A stretch of 62,915 nucleotides of DNA, the filler included, from Octopus bimaculoides (lineage: Eukaryota): assembly GCF_001194135.2 (NCBI RefSeq). It is 3 parts of 3 records of this genome, joined end to end, with 100 filler letters (N's around TTAATTAATTAA, not from the genome) between each part and the next. Parts side by side here need not be neighbours in the genome. Positions count along the whole stretch, not along the records: positions 1 to 30,256 come from NC_068989.1; 2 more parts are not named here. One strand, 5' to 3'. Below the pieces are notes generated by a model, which saw only the letters and a program-made list of their open reading frames with translations, was not told the DNA's origin and made no database searches. The position numbers were made by a program, and so were the translations under genes. This document shows, piece after piece, positions 10,970-23,255 of the stretch. The first letter of the stretch is position 1. The number at the start of each line of letters is the position of its first letter.

Positions 10970-13900
10970 AGTTCGGAGAGTCTGGGCACGACAGATCTCT
11001 CCCATAACATTTCGCCTTATCATGCTTTTTCCTCAGGGATCTCGTCTCACACAAGTCGTTCATGGTGGACTCAGGATCGAGTTCTAGTGTTTGGCCCTTA
11101 AGGTTCATCTCTACTAAGCCGAATCCTTCCAGTGTTTCTTTAAATGCAGTGAATCACTCTCCCATCAGGGCCTATGGCCAGATGTTCTTATCGTTGGACT
11201 TATCCTTACGTCGTGACTTTAAATGAATTTTTACCATCGCCGACTTTCCTCATCCTATTCTCGGCGCAGATTTCCTACACCATTATTCACTTTTTGTAGA
11301 TGTCAGGAGCCAGAGACTTCTAGATAGAACATCTACACCTGCCCGCGAATCTACCGCCGCTGTTATCAATCCGTCATTCTTCGTAGCTGCTATCGGAAAC
11401 CAGTTTCACGCACTCCTCACCTGTTTTCTCGAGTTGACGAACTTTTTCTTCAAGCCTATCCAGGCAATCCACTTGACTCAACACTTCATCACAACGACCG
11501 GCCAACCTGTTTTCTCTCGACCACGACGGTTAGCTCTGGACAAATTCAAGATAGCTCGAGCCGAGTTCGAGCACATGCTCCAGCTCGGCCTTATACGACT
11601 TTCCACCAGCCCATGGGCATGTCCCCTACAATTGGGACGCAAAGGTGACACTGACTTTCACCCAGTCGGAAACTACAGACGTCTCAACGCCGTCAACACC
11701 CCTGATAGATATTCACTACCTCATGTTTAGGATTTCTCATCCGCTCTGCATAACTACACGGTGTTTTCCATATTGGACCTGGTACGAACGCACCATCAAA
11801 TACCAATGAATCCAGATGTGACATCGCGGTGACATCACCGTTTGGCTCATTTGAATTTCTATCTATGTCATTCGGACTACGAAACGCCGCTAGTACGTTC
11901 CAGCGTTTTATCGACGAAGTTACTCGTGGACTTCCAGGTGTTTTTGCTTATATCGACGACATATTCGTCGCCAGTCCTACGGTTGAATTACATCAGTAGC
12001 ATCTTTCTCGGTTGTTCCAGCGACTCTCACAGTACAACATCAAAGTCAACCCGGCGACGTCTGTTTTTGGTAAATCCACATTGGAATTTTTAGAATTCGT
12101 TGATTGCGAAGGCATTCGACCTTTGCCTGCTAAGATCCAAGCCATCCAGAATTTAGCTCCTCCTACATCGCTTCATCAGCTGCGACACTTCCTCGGTCTC
12201 ATCAACTTTTATCGTCGTTTCCTACCGAATTGTGCTCGGAAATTATTACCTCTAACTGATCTTTTAAAGAACAGAACGAAAAAAGACACGGCTATTTCTT
12301 TTTCACCAGATGAATTGTTGGCATTCCAGATAATCAAATCAGACTTAGTTCAAGTTGCCACACTAGCCCATCCGATTCCTGGGGCACGTCTCGTACTTAC
12401 CGTTAATTCAAATTTCGCAGTTGGTGCGATGTCGCAACAAGTTGTTAATCAACGCCTACAACCCTTGGCATTCTTTTCACGTCGGCTCAGAGATCCAGAA
12501 ATGAGATACAGAACCTTTGCACGTGAGTTGCTAGCCATTTACCTAGAAGTCAAGCATTTTTACCATTTTCGCGTGGGTGTGACTTTGTGGTTTTCACAGA
12601 TCACAAACCGTTGACTTTCGGCCTTCGTTCAAAATCAGACAAATGCTCACCCCGTGAGATCAGACACCTCAACTTTATCTCACAATTTACAAGTGATATA
12701 CGCCACCTTTCTGGACCAGACAACGTCCCTGCCGATGCACTGTCAAGACTTCCAGTTTGTTCTTTGTCTCCAGCTGTGATCGATTTGATCACGCTTGCTA
12801 CCGACCAGCCCCTTCTGCAATCAATCGACACCTTGTCTCCAATATTCACTCAGTGTCGTTTGGAGTACTTAACCTTGTCAACAACAGACGGAACTATCCT
12901 GTGTGACGTATCTACAGGATCACCTCGACCCTTGTTACTGACAACCATCGCCGAAGTGTGTTCGATGCCTTGCACTTCTTATCTCATCCATGTATTGCGG
13001 CCTCAGTCAAGCTCATTACAGCCTGCTTTTTGGACCGGACATGCACCGAGATATCATCGTTTGATCTCGCTCCTGTCGTCAGTGCCAGCGTTCCAAGATC
13101 TATACACACATTCGTTTACCACTCGGAAAATTTGACCAACTTGACAATCGTTTTCGCCACATTCATATCGACCTCATCAGTCCTTGGCCTGTTAGTAACG
13201 GATACTCCTATGTTCTTACCTGTGTCGACCGTTTCTCTCGATGGCCTGAAGCTGACGTCTCCACTGAATCATTCGCTCGTGCTTTTATACCAGGCTGGAT
13301 ATTGTGTTTCGGTATTCCCTCAAGGATCACCACCGATCGGGGGAGACAGTTTGAATCACAGCTCTTCTGTGAACTTTCTCGTCTCTTGGGCGTGCAGCAT
13401 TTGCCGACAAGCTACCACCCCATTTCTAACGGGATGGTAGAGCAATTCCACCGTCAACTGAAGGCAGCTCTTCGTGCATCACCAGATCCACTAAGATAGA
13501 TCGAATACCTTCCCAACGTTCTTTTGGGGTTGTCGGTCTTCCGTGAAAGCGGATCTGGGCTATTCTTCGGCCGAATTACTCTACTGTACACCACTATCAT
13601 TACCAGGCCAGATGTTGGCACCAACTAATACTGCTACCAAAGATCTGTCTCACTACGTCGACCGTTTGCGATCATACTTCTCCAATTTACCACCGATGAA
13701 CACCCGGTCACAATCTCTGAAGTCTGCAGTACTGAAGGAAATTGCTTCGTGGACCCATGTGTTCATACGCAACGACTCTGTGAGGGGTCTTCTCATAACT
13801 CCTTAAACCGGACCTTATCGAGTTCTTCAACGCGCAAACAAAATTTTCACCGTAGACCACGGTATAAAAGAAACTGTTTCAGTTGGTCGACTCAAGAAGG
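10970..13900 (+). pseudogene. pol: Gypsy pol (protease, RT, RNase H, integrase) broken by stops and frameshifts
   Basis: FMVDSGSSSSV protease motif (~11060); NYRRLNAVNTPDRYSLP; AYIDDI (~11947); LRHFLGLINFYRRF; RELLAIY; TDHKPL; FRHIHID; ITTDRGRQFES..SNGMVEQFHRQLK; GPY (~13809). Confidence 0.9.
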
Positions 13901-14407
13901 TATACACTGACGTTCATACACCTGAGCCACACCCACCCACCTTCGCAGACACCTCCTACACCACAAGTTTCACTACCACCATCGCCAACACCACCACCTT
14001 CCAAATCTTACGTTATACGCTCTGTATATTGGCATCGAAACTATCCAAAACATTTTATATTTAAATCAGTCAATTGACATACAGATAAACTGTATTTATT
14101 ACTGTATCATTTGACTGTTTGCCTTGCTATAGGCAAATTGTGCTTTCAATAGACCTTTTCTGATGAACTCTTCTTTGCATTCTTAGTTGCATGCTTAGTT
14201 TTCTGGCACATTGCGCTACATGTTTATATTCCATTCTTGTGATAGTCACACATTTCTTTCTCAATGCACCAAGTTACGTTTCCTTTGATGGCTACTGGCA
14301 TAGACACCCATTTCACCTTCGGATCAGCCTTTCCATGACGCAGTTTACCAACCATATCCATTTTTTCCTTCAATTCTCCATTGCTTTTTATCTAGCCAGG
14401 GAGTTAC

Positions 14408-14912
14408 TCTAGCAATGACGGAAAAAATTGTAACTTAAGATGGGTGATTTCCCTTGATTGGGGTCATGGAGCAAATTCGGATTATCACCTTTAAACTATA
14501 ACTTGTTCCCAGCAATTTTGGAACAATTGATTTAGTCCACTTGTGTTTTGTTTCCACTACAACAATAAATGGTTACCTTTTCGCCTGCGACTATAATCTT
14601 TCATGATACGCCATGTTTAATCCATTACAGTTGCACTGTATTTTGTGTGTGTGCACATTCAATACACTAAGTTACTCTGTTCAAAGATGTTTTCTGCATT
14701 TGAACAACACCAGCATTTTGTGTGTAAACATCCCAACATAAAATAAAAATATTTATGAAACGAAATAAGCATCTGAAATTCTCTGCTTCAGTATATAAGC
14801 CAGTAGTATTACTTCGACACATGGAAGGCCGATGGTGCCATTTTCTTTCAGCTTTGCACCGCATCTCAACGTCTATGAACGATTAACTAGTATCATTGGA
14901 CAACATCCAACA
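14408..14912 (+). repeat. 3' LTR of the Gypsy element
   Basis: Aligns by eye to 8236-8276 plus 9368-9743. Starts TCTAG (the 5' copy has TGTAG) and ends CCAACA. A weak purine tract (agggag) lies just upstream. Confidence 0.88.
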
Positions 14913-15539
14913 GTTGACTTCAATAATTTATAGATATCATTGTATATACCATCTATCGAAAATTATGGATCAGAACGGTATTGCAGCACATTGGCACTTG
15001 CACTGTCAAAACAACAGCTTTTTGTGCTAATAACGTTTCTATGTTCCACAGAATAGTGTAATGATAGTTACGAAAATTTAATTCAAAATGATGATATATT
15101 TTTAATTTTACAATATTTTTTTTTACAAAACATTGAAATATTTGCATGTAATTATCATCATTTCAAAAGTACTTTTATCACAATATTCTCAGTAAAACTG
15201 AACTTTCCATAAATATTTCCTTATTTTTCATTAATTATCTGTATATTAAAATTGTTCCTACTTTTTGTCATACTTAAAACAACATAAATCTAACAGCTTT
15301 TAGTAGAAAGTGGGTTATACATCTTTAGATTGTATACCTGACTTTCTACTATAAAATTAAAGAAATAGAAGGAACGCTGAACTCCAGACTAAACAACTTA
15401 AACAACATTTATTTACTTGGTAAAACATACAAATCTTTAGTTATACATCTTTAGAGGTGAGAATAACGAGCTGTCGAGTATAAGACCGAAAGATGTAGGG
15501 ACAGCTTTTAAACACACGTCCATGCTCAATCGCTGGCCA

Positions 15540-15630
15540 GCGAGAAAGAGAATGAATTGAGCGGGAAACGCTTGCTTGTTTAATTCTACGCATGCGTAAA
15601 ACTACGCATGCGCAGGCGTTACTACAAGCT
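15540..15630. promoter_or_regulatory. Candidate housekeeping-type promoter with two NRF1/Ewg-like palindromes
   Basis: TACGCATGCGTA (15587-15598), TACGCATGCGCA (15603-15614) and ACTACAA (15621) lie in a locally CpG-rich patch. CpG-depleted sequence begins just downstream. Confidence 0.5.
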
Positions 15631-16849
15631 CTTACTTGAACTCATTCTTATTTTAATTCTCACTTTCACTTTTTCTCACCTAGTTTTCACCCTGGACTCT
15701 GTAATAAACACCTCGTCTTTCCATTCACTTTCATTGTACTTTTACTGTCACTTGCTCACTCACCATTTACCATTTAAACTCCTATTTCCATTTTCTTTCG
15801 ATAGCATGATGGCAAATAAATACATCGTGCTAATTATATGTACGTTTTGAAAAGTTAAAATTCTGTGCCAAAAATGCTGAATGGTTGTTATTTTTTTTTT
15901 TGTATTTGACTATATCTAATTTGTCTCCCAAATTCCTAAACTGGCTGTTCTACTATTGTTCTTCAAATTGCAGCCACTACTTCTGTGATGGAAGTACTTG
16001 CAATAAACAGTGGTTTGGTATCACATAGTCATGTGTGTGTGTGCGTCTGTCTGTATGTCCGTAGGTGATATATATATATAGAGAGAGAGGGGAAATTCAA
16101 ACAGACAGGCAGATAGATAGATAGACCAGCTTTGTCTTGATAACTAAGTAGAATATACTTTGCTGAAGAGGCCAAATAACATTGAAACATGTCTGTTACT
16201 TCATTACTTTAATCAATTGGGTTTAAATACCAGTTCATTGCTTATTTGTATTGTCTATATTGCTCAAAAATTTTGATCAATTGATTACATTAGAGTTATC
16301 CCCCTTGCTTAAAGTTTTCAAGTTTGAAACTCACATTAATGGAGTTTCTATTTACTACTTGCTTGGATAAACTTATCTGATCAAAGTTTTACACTTCTAT
16401 ATATTATATATGTGGCATCCTAGTATGTATGTATGCATGCAAGCATGTATGTATATGTCTGTGTGTGTGCATCAATGAGGCCAGTTTTCTGCTGTTTTCA
16501 TGGTCTAAGTCTTTTTTCTTGAATCCAAAAGGCACATTATTTTTCCCTCTCATTTTGTCCTTATCATGTGATAACTTATCTCTCTACCTCTCTATCTAGT
16601 CCTTATTTCTTTATGCTTACCTCTCTATTGCCCTCTACTATTTTCTTTATTTAAGTACCCTTTTTTCAATGCTTGCATGCAGTTATCTTTCTATTTTCCT
16701 TCTTTCATGGTTTCTGTTCATCTAAAACTTTTTATCTATCAATCATTATTTGCCAACATAACATGCCAACATCCGTGATTGTGTGTCACTTTGAAAACTT
16801 TATATTTCAAACAAGTATTTAGCAGTACCACTTCTAGCTGAACAGTTAT

Positions 16850-16894
16850 TCTATGCTGATGAAGGGAAATAACCCAGAAATCACAATACACAGA
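16850..16894 (+). ncRNA. Minimal type-I hammerhead ribozyme-like motif (orphan)
   Basis: UCUAUG-CUGAUGA-A GGG aaauaa CCC A-GAAA-U caca A U A-CACAGA. The core is intact, stem I has 5 of 6 pairs and stem III has 2 bp. Predicted cleavage is after AUA. Confidence 0.4.
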
Positions 16895-17830
16895 TATTGT
16901 TTTGTGCTGAGTGGGGACGCTAAACTCCCTTATTCGAAAATATAAGGTCACAGATAGTGTGTTGTATAGCCAGCTGAAGACAACGTTTCCTGGGGCTAAA
17001 TAGCAGTATCATTCATCCTAACCAGGAGTGCCATGTTATGTTGGCAAATAATTTTTACTCTAAAGTACTGTCAATGAATGTCTCTCGTTGAGAGATTTAC
17101 AAATAGTAATTTTCTATTTTTATCTCTCCTTCTCTTCGTTTCACCCCTCTCTACTGTTTTATTTCTGCAACAGCCCTTCTCACACTCCGTCTTTTTTCTT
17201 AAACCTCCTGTACCCTTTCAATCTCTGAACCCTTCTTGTTTGTCAAGCTACCTATTCTTTGTTGATTTCACTTTTCAAGGCCATCCCATTTTTTTTTTTT
17301 CTTTTTCTAGCTCCTGATTTATCCGAAATTTTAAATTTAGTTCTAGTTCCTATTTTGTCACACTGGTTTTAATTTCTATTTATTTTATTATGTTTCATGG
17401 AGTCTAAAAGAATCACGCTTTTTATTAGCATTATTTCGCACGAATTGTCTATTTTTTTGCTGCTAAACTGAAACACATTCTATGCACACAAATAATTCTA
17501 TGTTGTTTTGTATTTATTCAGTTGCTGTCCTTGTCTCTTTGCTTTGTTATATATTTTCCCCTGCTCTCATAACTTGTCCTCATTTAATGTTCAGTCTACA
17601 GACTTCAACTTTTCTTGTTATACTACTTGTCTCGCTTTTCCTGCCCTTGTTCCTCTATCATGTCCACTCATTTGTATCTCAACAGCTTATGTTGCTGACA
17701 CCACCAAATATTTTTGGAAGGTGTTGAAATCGTAATGATATTTTGTCAATAGCTGAGGGATTGAGCTTGTCTGTGTCTGTTGCACGTTTTTTTTTATATT
17801 TTCCTTTTTGGTTTTTCATAAATTCCTTTG

Positions 17831-17881
<51 letters not shown>

Positions 17882-18971
17882 AGGTCTTTTTTGATGTCTC
17901 TACATAACTCAATAGAGTTATAGAAGTAAACAACAGCTATTATTGTCTCAAAATATCGTCATTATTTAATGATTCAAGAGAAAAATATATTAATGTAATT
18001 TCCTAGAGAAACATTTAGTCTCAGGTCTACCTTCTGCTGGAATTGAAACTTCCTTACATGCTCAATTCATCAGAAAATACTTAATATTAGCAAAGTATTT
18101 GACCATGTCTAGGACATGAATCTCCTCGCAAAACAGCTCACCAATAGGCTCCATCCATCTCACATCTTTTGGATCAGTAGCTTCCTGTCATATCACACTT
18201 TAACCCACATTAATACATACCTCAAAATAAACTCTAATGTAGACCATGATTTAGCTTTGACCTGACACTTTTCTTCTTACACAATTATGATCTTACTTGA
18301 CATTACCTGCAATAATGCCCAAAGCCATTCTGCATTGCTCCTTTCCTTTCTGCATTCAGCCATCATCCACATGCAACCTAGAGATATCACATGAAATTTG
18401 TACTTATACCAGAGATCTCAAAGACAGTAGGGCCATGCGAACATTATCTATTTTAACAGCACAAACTCAAGATCACTACACATATCAAAGAAATATTATC
18501 ATACTCTATCCCTTAACATTAACACCACATAACTAGAACCCTGCAACCCAATAATTCCTGAGGTTGCTACAGATACTAAACCTTACCATCACAGGATTTT
18601 TCTTAGCAAACACACAACCTCAATTCTACACAGAAGGTATCACAAATACTAATTTTGTTCTTCAGAGACAGAAAATACTTCAGTTCCTAACCACTATCTA
18701 CAATACTGGTTGAGAACAAAAATGATGTACAGCTCCAATTTCTAGGGCAGTGGAGCTGCTGCTATATACACACAGACATCCTAGACCACATCCAAAGAAA
18801 GGACACTCGATTGATTACATGAAGACTTTCGTTGACACACTTCATTACCTTAGGTCTACAGATGTGCTGTGTCCTCTCACTGGCTTTATGTACAGCGGCT
18901 CCAGTAGCTTCTGTTCCTCAAATCTGAATGACCTCTCTTGCCACCCCCACTAAGGTACTTTTGATTTATTC

Positions 18972-20600
18972 ATTAGGTAGAAACTCTATTAGGTAGAAAC
19001 TCTATTAGGTAGAAACTCTATAAGATGCACCCAGTGCAAGCTATGGACACATAAGAGGTGTAGTAATATCAAAGGAAGGTTAACCAGGAAGTTAGTTTTT
19101 GTATGTAACAGATGTCAGGAGCAATAAACACTGTAAATGTGCAAAAAAACTTCTGCCACATTCCAGGGAGAAAAACTAGATGCAGTTGATAGCTTCTGCT
19201 ATCTAGGTGACCAAGTTAGTAGTCGGGGAGGGTGCGCTGAAAGTGTAGCTGCTAGAATAAGAATAGCCTGGGCAAAGTTCAGAGAGCTCTTACCTCTGCT
19301 GGTGACAAGGGGCCTCTCACTCAGAGTAAAAGGCAGACTGTATGATGCATGTGTATGAATAGCCATGCTTCATGGCAGTGAAACATGGGCTGTGACTGCT
19401 GAGGACATGCGTAGGCTCGCAAGGTATGAAGCCAGTATGATCCGATGGATGTGTAATGTCAGTGTGCATACTAGACAGAGTATTAGTACCTTGAGAGAAA
19501 AGTTGAACTNNNNNNNNNNNNNNNNNNNNNNNNNNNNNNNNNNNNNNNNNNNNNNNNNNNNNNNNNNNNNNNNNNNNNNNNNNNNNNNNNNNNNNNNNNN
19601 NNNNNNNNNNNNNNNNNNNNNNNNNNNNNNNNNNNNNNNNNNNNNNNNNNNNNNNNNNNNNNNNNNNNNNNNNNNNNNNNNNNNNNNNNNNNNNNNNNNN
19701 NNNNNNNNNNNNNNNNNNNNNNNNNNNNNNNNNNNNNNNNNNNNNNNNNNNNNNNNNNNNNNNNNNNNNNNNNNNNNNNNNNNNNNNNNNNNNNNNNNNN
19801 NNNNNNNNNNNNNNNNNNNNNNNNNNNNNNNNNNNNNNNNNNNNNNNNNNNNNNNNNNNNNNNNNNNNNNNNNNNNNNNNNNNNNNNNNNNNNNNNNNNN
19901 NNNNNNNNNNNNNNNNNNNNNNNNNNNNNNNNNNNNNNNNNNNNNNNNNNNNNNNNNNNNNNNNNNNNNNNNNNNNNNNNNNNNNNNNNNNNNNNNNNNN
20001 NNNNNNNNNNNNNNNNNNNNNNNNNNNNNNNNNNNNNNNNNNNNNNNNNNNNNNNNNNNNNNNNNNNNNNNNNNNNNNNNNNNNNNNNNNNNNNNNNNNN
20101 NNNNNNNNNNNNNNNNNNNNTAGGCTGGCTCTTGTGTGGGTGGCACATAAAATACACCATTTTGAGCGTGGCCATTGCCAGTACCACCTGACTGGCCTTC
20201 GTGCCGGTGGCACATAAAAGCACCCACTACACTCTCTGAGTGGTTGGCATTAGGAAGGGCATCCAGCTGTAGAAACTCTGCCAATTGGAAATATGCTGTG
20301 CGTGAGAAGACCCAGCAAGCCAAGTGAGACCTAAATGTAAGGCCTCAGCCAGTCCACTTATGCGTACCTTCCTTCATTGGACACTAAACTCCACTTGCGA
20401 AGACCTGTTGAGGCAAGTGAAATCTAAATCGAGTTAAATTGGATACTAAACTCCACTTGCGAAGACCTGTTGAGACAAATGAAATTGAAATCAAGTTAAA
20501 TTCGACGACTGGCACCCATGTCAACGTCGTCTCCTTCATTGGACACGAAACTCAGCTTGCGAAGACTTATAGGGGCAAGCGAAAGCGAAATTATTGTCCT
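18972..20600 (+). mobile_element. RTE-clade LINE 3' portion (RT C-terminus, N gap, 3' UTR with internal repeats)
   Basis: DSFCYLGDQ..GGC..SVAARIRIAWAKFRELLPLL..KGRLYDACV*..HGSETW..MIRWMCNV. After the gap, the 3' UTR contains ggtggcacataaaagcacc..gaagggcatccagctgtagaaac. Confidence 0.85.
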
Positions 20601-21043
20601 TTTAGTAAACAAAAAAACAAGTCAATTGACACAATACAATGTCTGCAAGTTGATGAATACCACCTATTAATCCCCTCCATTTTCTTATTGCTATATAAAT
20701 TAATGGTAAAATAACTCTTTACCCACACCCATTTATTGCACTTGGTAATGTAATTGCCTTGTAATGAAAAAACACTAGTGTAATAATAATTGGGTATTCT
20801 TCCAGCAGTATATTGGATAGATATTAAACCTTGGTGGGTTGGATTCACAACCCCTAACTTTCTTGGATACCCATATATGCACCTATATATACAGGTAGAC
20901 GTAGGTATGCACATACCTGTACGTATATATGCATATACTCATTTATTATTTGTTTTATATATATGTATACATACATACATATATGTGTGTGTGTGTGTAC
21001 ATGTGTGTATGTGTATATATGTATGTGTTTGTGTCTTACATAC

Positions 21044-21085
<42 letters not shown>

Positions 21086-21355
21086 CATATGTGTGCCTGT
21101 ATGTATGTACTTGTGTCTGTGTTGTTTTTGCTAGTGTGTGTTGGGGTGGGCTGAGTGGTTAATCACATAGCTCTGGGTTTGATCACCACGAGACACTTTG
21201 CTCCCTTTAATGGATCCTTTCTGTTGCTTGCATTTGCACCAGATTTCCAACTCTGAACCTAACACTTGGGTTGTACATCTGTATCAATGCAGGAGATCTT
21301 GTAAAAGAAAACACTCAATAAAAGGTCATCTCTGTAGGTTGTGAAGGCATATCCT

Positions 21356-21511
21356 AAATATTTACTCTCTATGACTCTCCTAGCTTTATGTTGTGCAGGC
21401 CTGTTACACATATTCTCTCTCTACAGCTCTCTCATCTCTATGTTGTGCAGGCCTATTACAAATATTCACTCTCTACAACTCTCCCATCTCAATGTTGTGC
21501 AGGACTATCAC
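21356..21511. repeat. 52-bp minisatellite, 3 diverged copies
   Basis: Units start at 21356, 21408 and 21460, each containing atgttgtgcagg. Confidence 0.85.
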
Positions 21512-23164
21512 AAAAACCATATTTTACAGCATACAAGTTGAATTTTTCAGACCAAAATTTACAGTCAAAAGCGGTATGTCAACTTATAAACAGAGACTTT
21601 TGGGAGACCTAAATTTCCATGTGAAATACAGAAGAATTTGGGAAGACAGTATTGATGTTTGAATGTTTACAGTACATGGCTTACTCCTTATGCTACATCA
21701 ATGTAAGCCTGAAAATATGGTATTTCTTCCTACAACTTCCAGTTGTCTTTCGAATTATTTTGAGCTCTTAGTTGAACTTGCAACTTTCCCTGAACACTTT
21801 GTCATCCTCATCAACAAATAAATAGAAAGAAATAGAAATCACAATATAAATGAAAATTAAGAAAATAACAAAGACGTGTTTGTTGAATTTTTTTTTTTTT
21901 TTCATGATTTTAATTTCATTTTAAATTGAACAATAGGTAGATTGAGATCAGTAAAGAACATTTAACAAAAAAGTTCTATAAAGATTTGCAATAATAAAAT
22001 GTAAATTGTTTAGTAAAAGTGAGAACCACAGTAGAACCATAGTTAAACCATTAAATGCATAATACAAGAGAATTGAACCATGAAGGAGGGTGGGTGCACT
22101 AGTAGTAGTCATAGAAGAGGGTGGGGAGATATCTTATTATGGTGGGGTGGGGATGGGTGGGTGACTGAATAATCTAATTAAATAAGTTAAATGTGGGCTG
22201 AATTTCTCTACTAACAACAGAGTAAATAGTTGTTGTTGTTGTTTTTGTTGTTGTCATTGTAATTTAACCCCGGGTCAACTAGTGATCAAAAAATATTTCA
22301 TTTATGATCATCTCAGTTTTTTAGGGCTATATACAGTTACATTAGTTGATGTGTCCTTCCCTTTCCAAAGATAGTTAGAGTATGATCTGAGGGAGATCTG
22401 ACTGTTAACTCTAGCAGGCCAAACACCCACATAGCATAGCAGTTCCCTCATTAGCTCAAAATGAGTAAATGAGTGATGCATGGAAGACAGCTTCTGCCTC
22501 TCAACAACAAACAAACATTTGGTCAATATCTGTTGCAGAATTGTTGCTGTATATCTGGATATCTCAATTCCAAAAACAAAGGTGGGAGATCCTGGATCAA
22601 AAGTAGGGAGGAACAAAAATACGTTGTTTTAGGGGGTTACTGTGGTGGGAGCTTGACAAATGAATAATTTAGATAATACAGCTTACAACTTTATAAAAGA
22701 AAACAAAACAATACATATAAATTATTTCTTTAAAAACATAACAACCGTGTAAAAGAACCAGGATAAAAACAAAACTGGTTTAAATTGACCAGAACCAGAA
22801 CAAAAGGGTAACTGGTTCAAACTAACCGGAACCAGAATAAAAGGTAAACTGGTTCAAACCAACAAAAGTTTTGAGGATCTTCTTCACTAAAAAGAATTTG
22901 GGGGAATACATATTGGTACTATGTATGAGAAAGGAATGAATTTTCAGTAGGAGATAAAATGCTCTCCCAACTTTTGATTTTGGCTCAGCATCAATATCAT
23001 TATCTTCTTTCATCATCATCATTATCATCATCATCATCATCATCACCACTACCATCATCATCATAATCGTCACCATCATCTTCATCGTCATTGTCATCAT
23101 CATCATCAATATTATCATTTCATCAATCCATTCTTGCATTATTCACTAGAATATTATTGGTGTT

Positions 23165-23255
23165 GCCATCCGGTTTCACCAGTCCTCAGTCAAGTCGTCC
23201 AACCCATGCTAGCATGGAAAGCGGACGTTAAACGATGATGATGATGATGATGATG
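23165..23255 (+). mobile_element. RTE-type LINE extreme 3' tail ending in (GAT)n
   Basis: gtcgtccaacccatgctagcatggaaagcggacgttaaacgatgatgatg, a typical RTE 3' end with a trinucleotide tail. Confidence 0.55.

Larger units (their letters stand above)
8236..14912 (+). mobile_element. Full-boundary Ty3/Gypsy LTR retrotransposon, CsRn1/Kabuki-like clade, decayed pol
   Basis: Direct LTRs (8236-9743, interrupted; 14408-14912). Identical 4-bp flanks GTTG at 8232-8235 and 14913-14916. PBS TGGTAACCCGAC at 9745, resembling the tRNA-Trp PBS TGGTGACCCCGAC. gag, PR, RT, RNase H and IN motifs occur in Gypsy order. Confidence 0.92.

Noticed and set aside
16163-16199. CTGAAGA...GAAACATGTC hammerhead-like words (also CTGATGA at 7608 and 30093, CTGAAGA at 53848, CTGACGA at ~62321)
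   Set aside because: Stem I and/or stem II cannot be formed convincingly.
21356-21511. Regularly spaced repeat considered as a CRISPR-like array
   Set aside because: Whole units are homologous with no unique spacers, there are no cas genes, and the context is eukaryotic.
22308-22616. 102-aa minus ORF with a good acceptor (..ttttgatccag|ga at ~22588)
   Set aside because: Its 3' third (~22250-22450) matches a dispersed repeat also seen near 1760-1990, 30700-30890 and 31040-31225. No recognisable domain. It cannot be excluded as an exon without RNA data.
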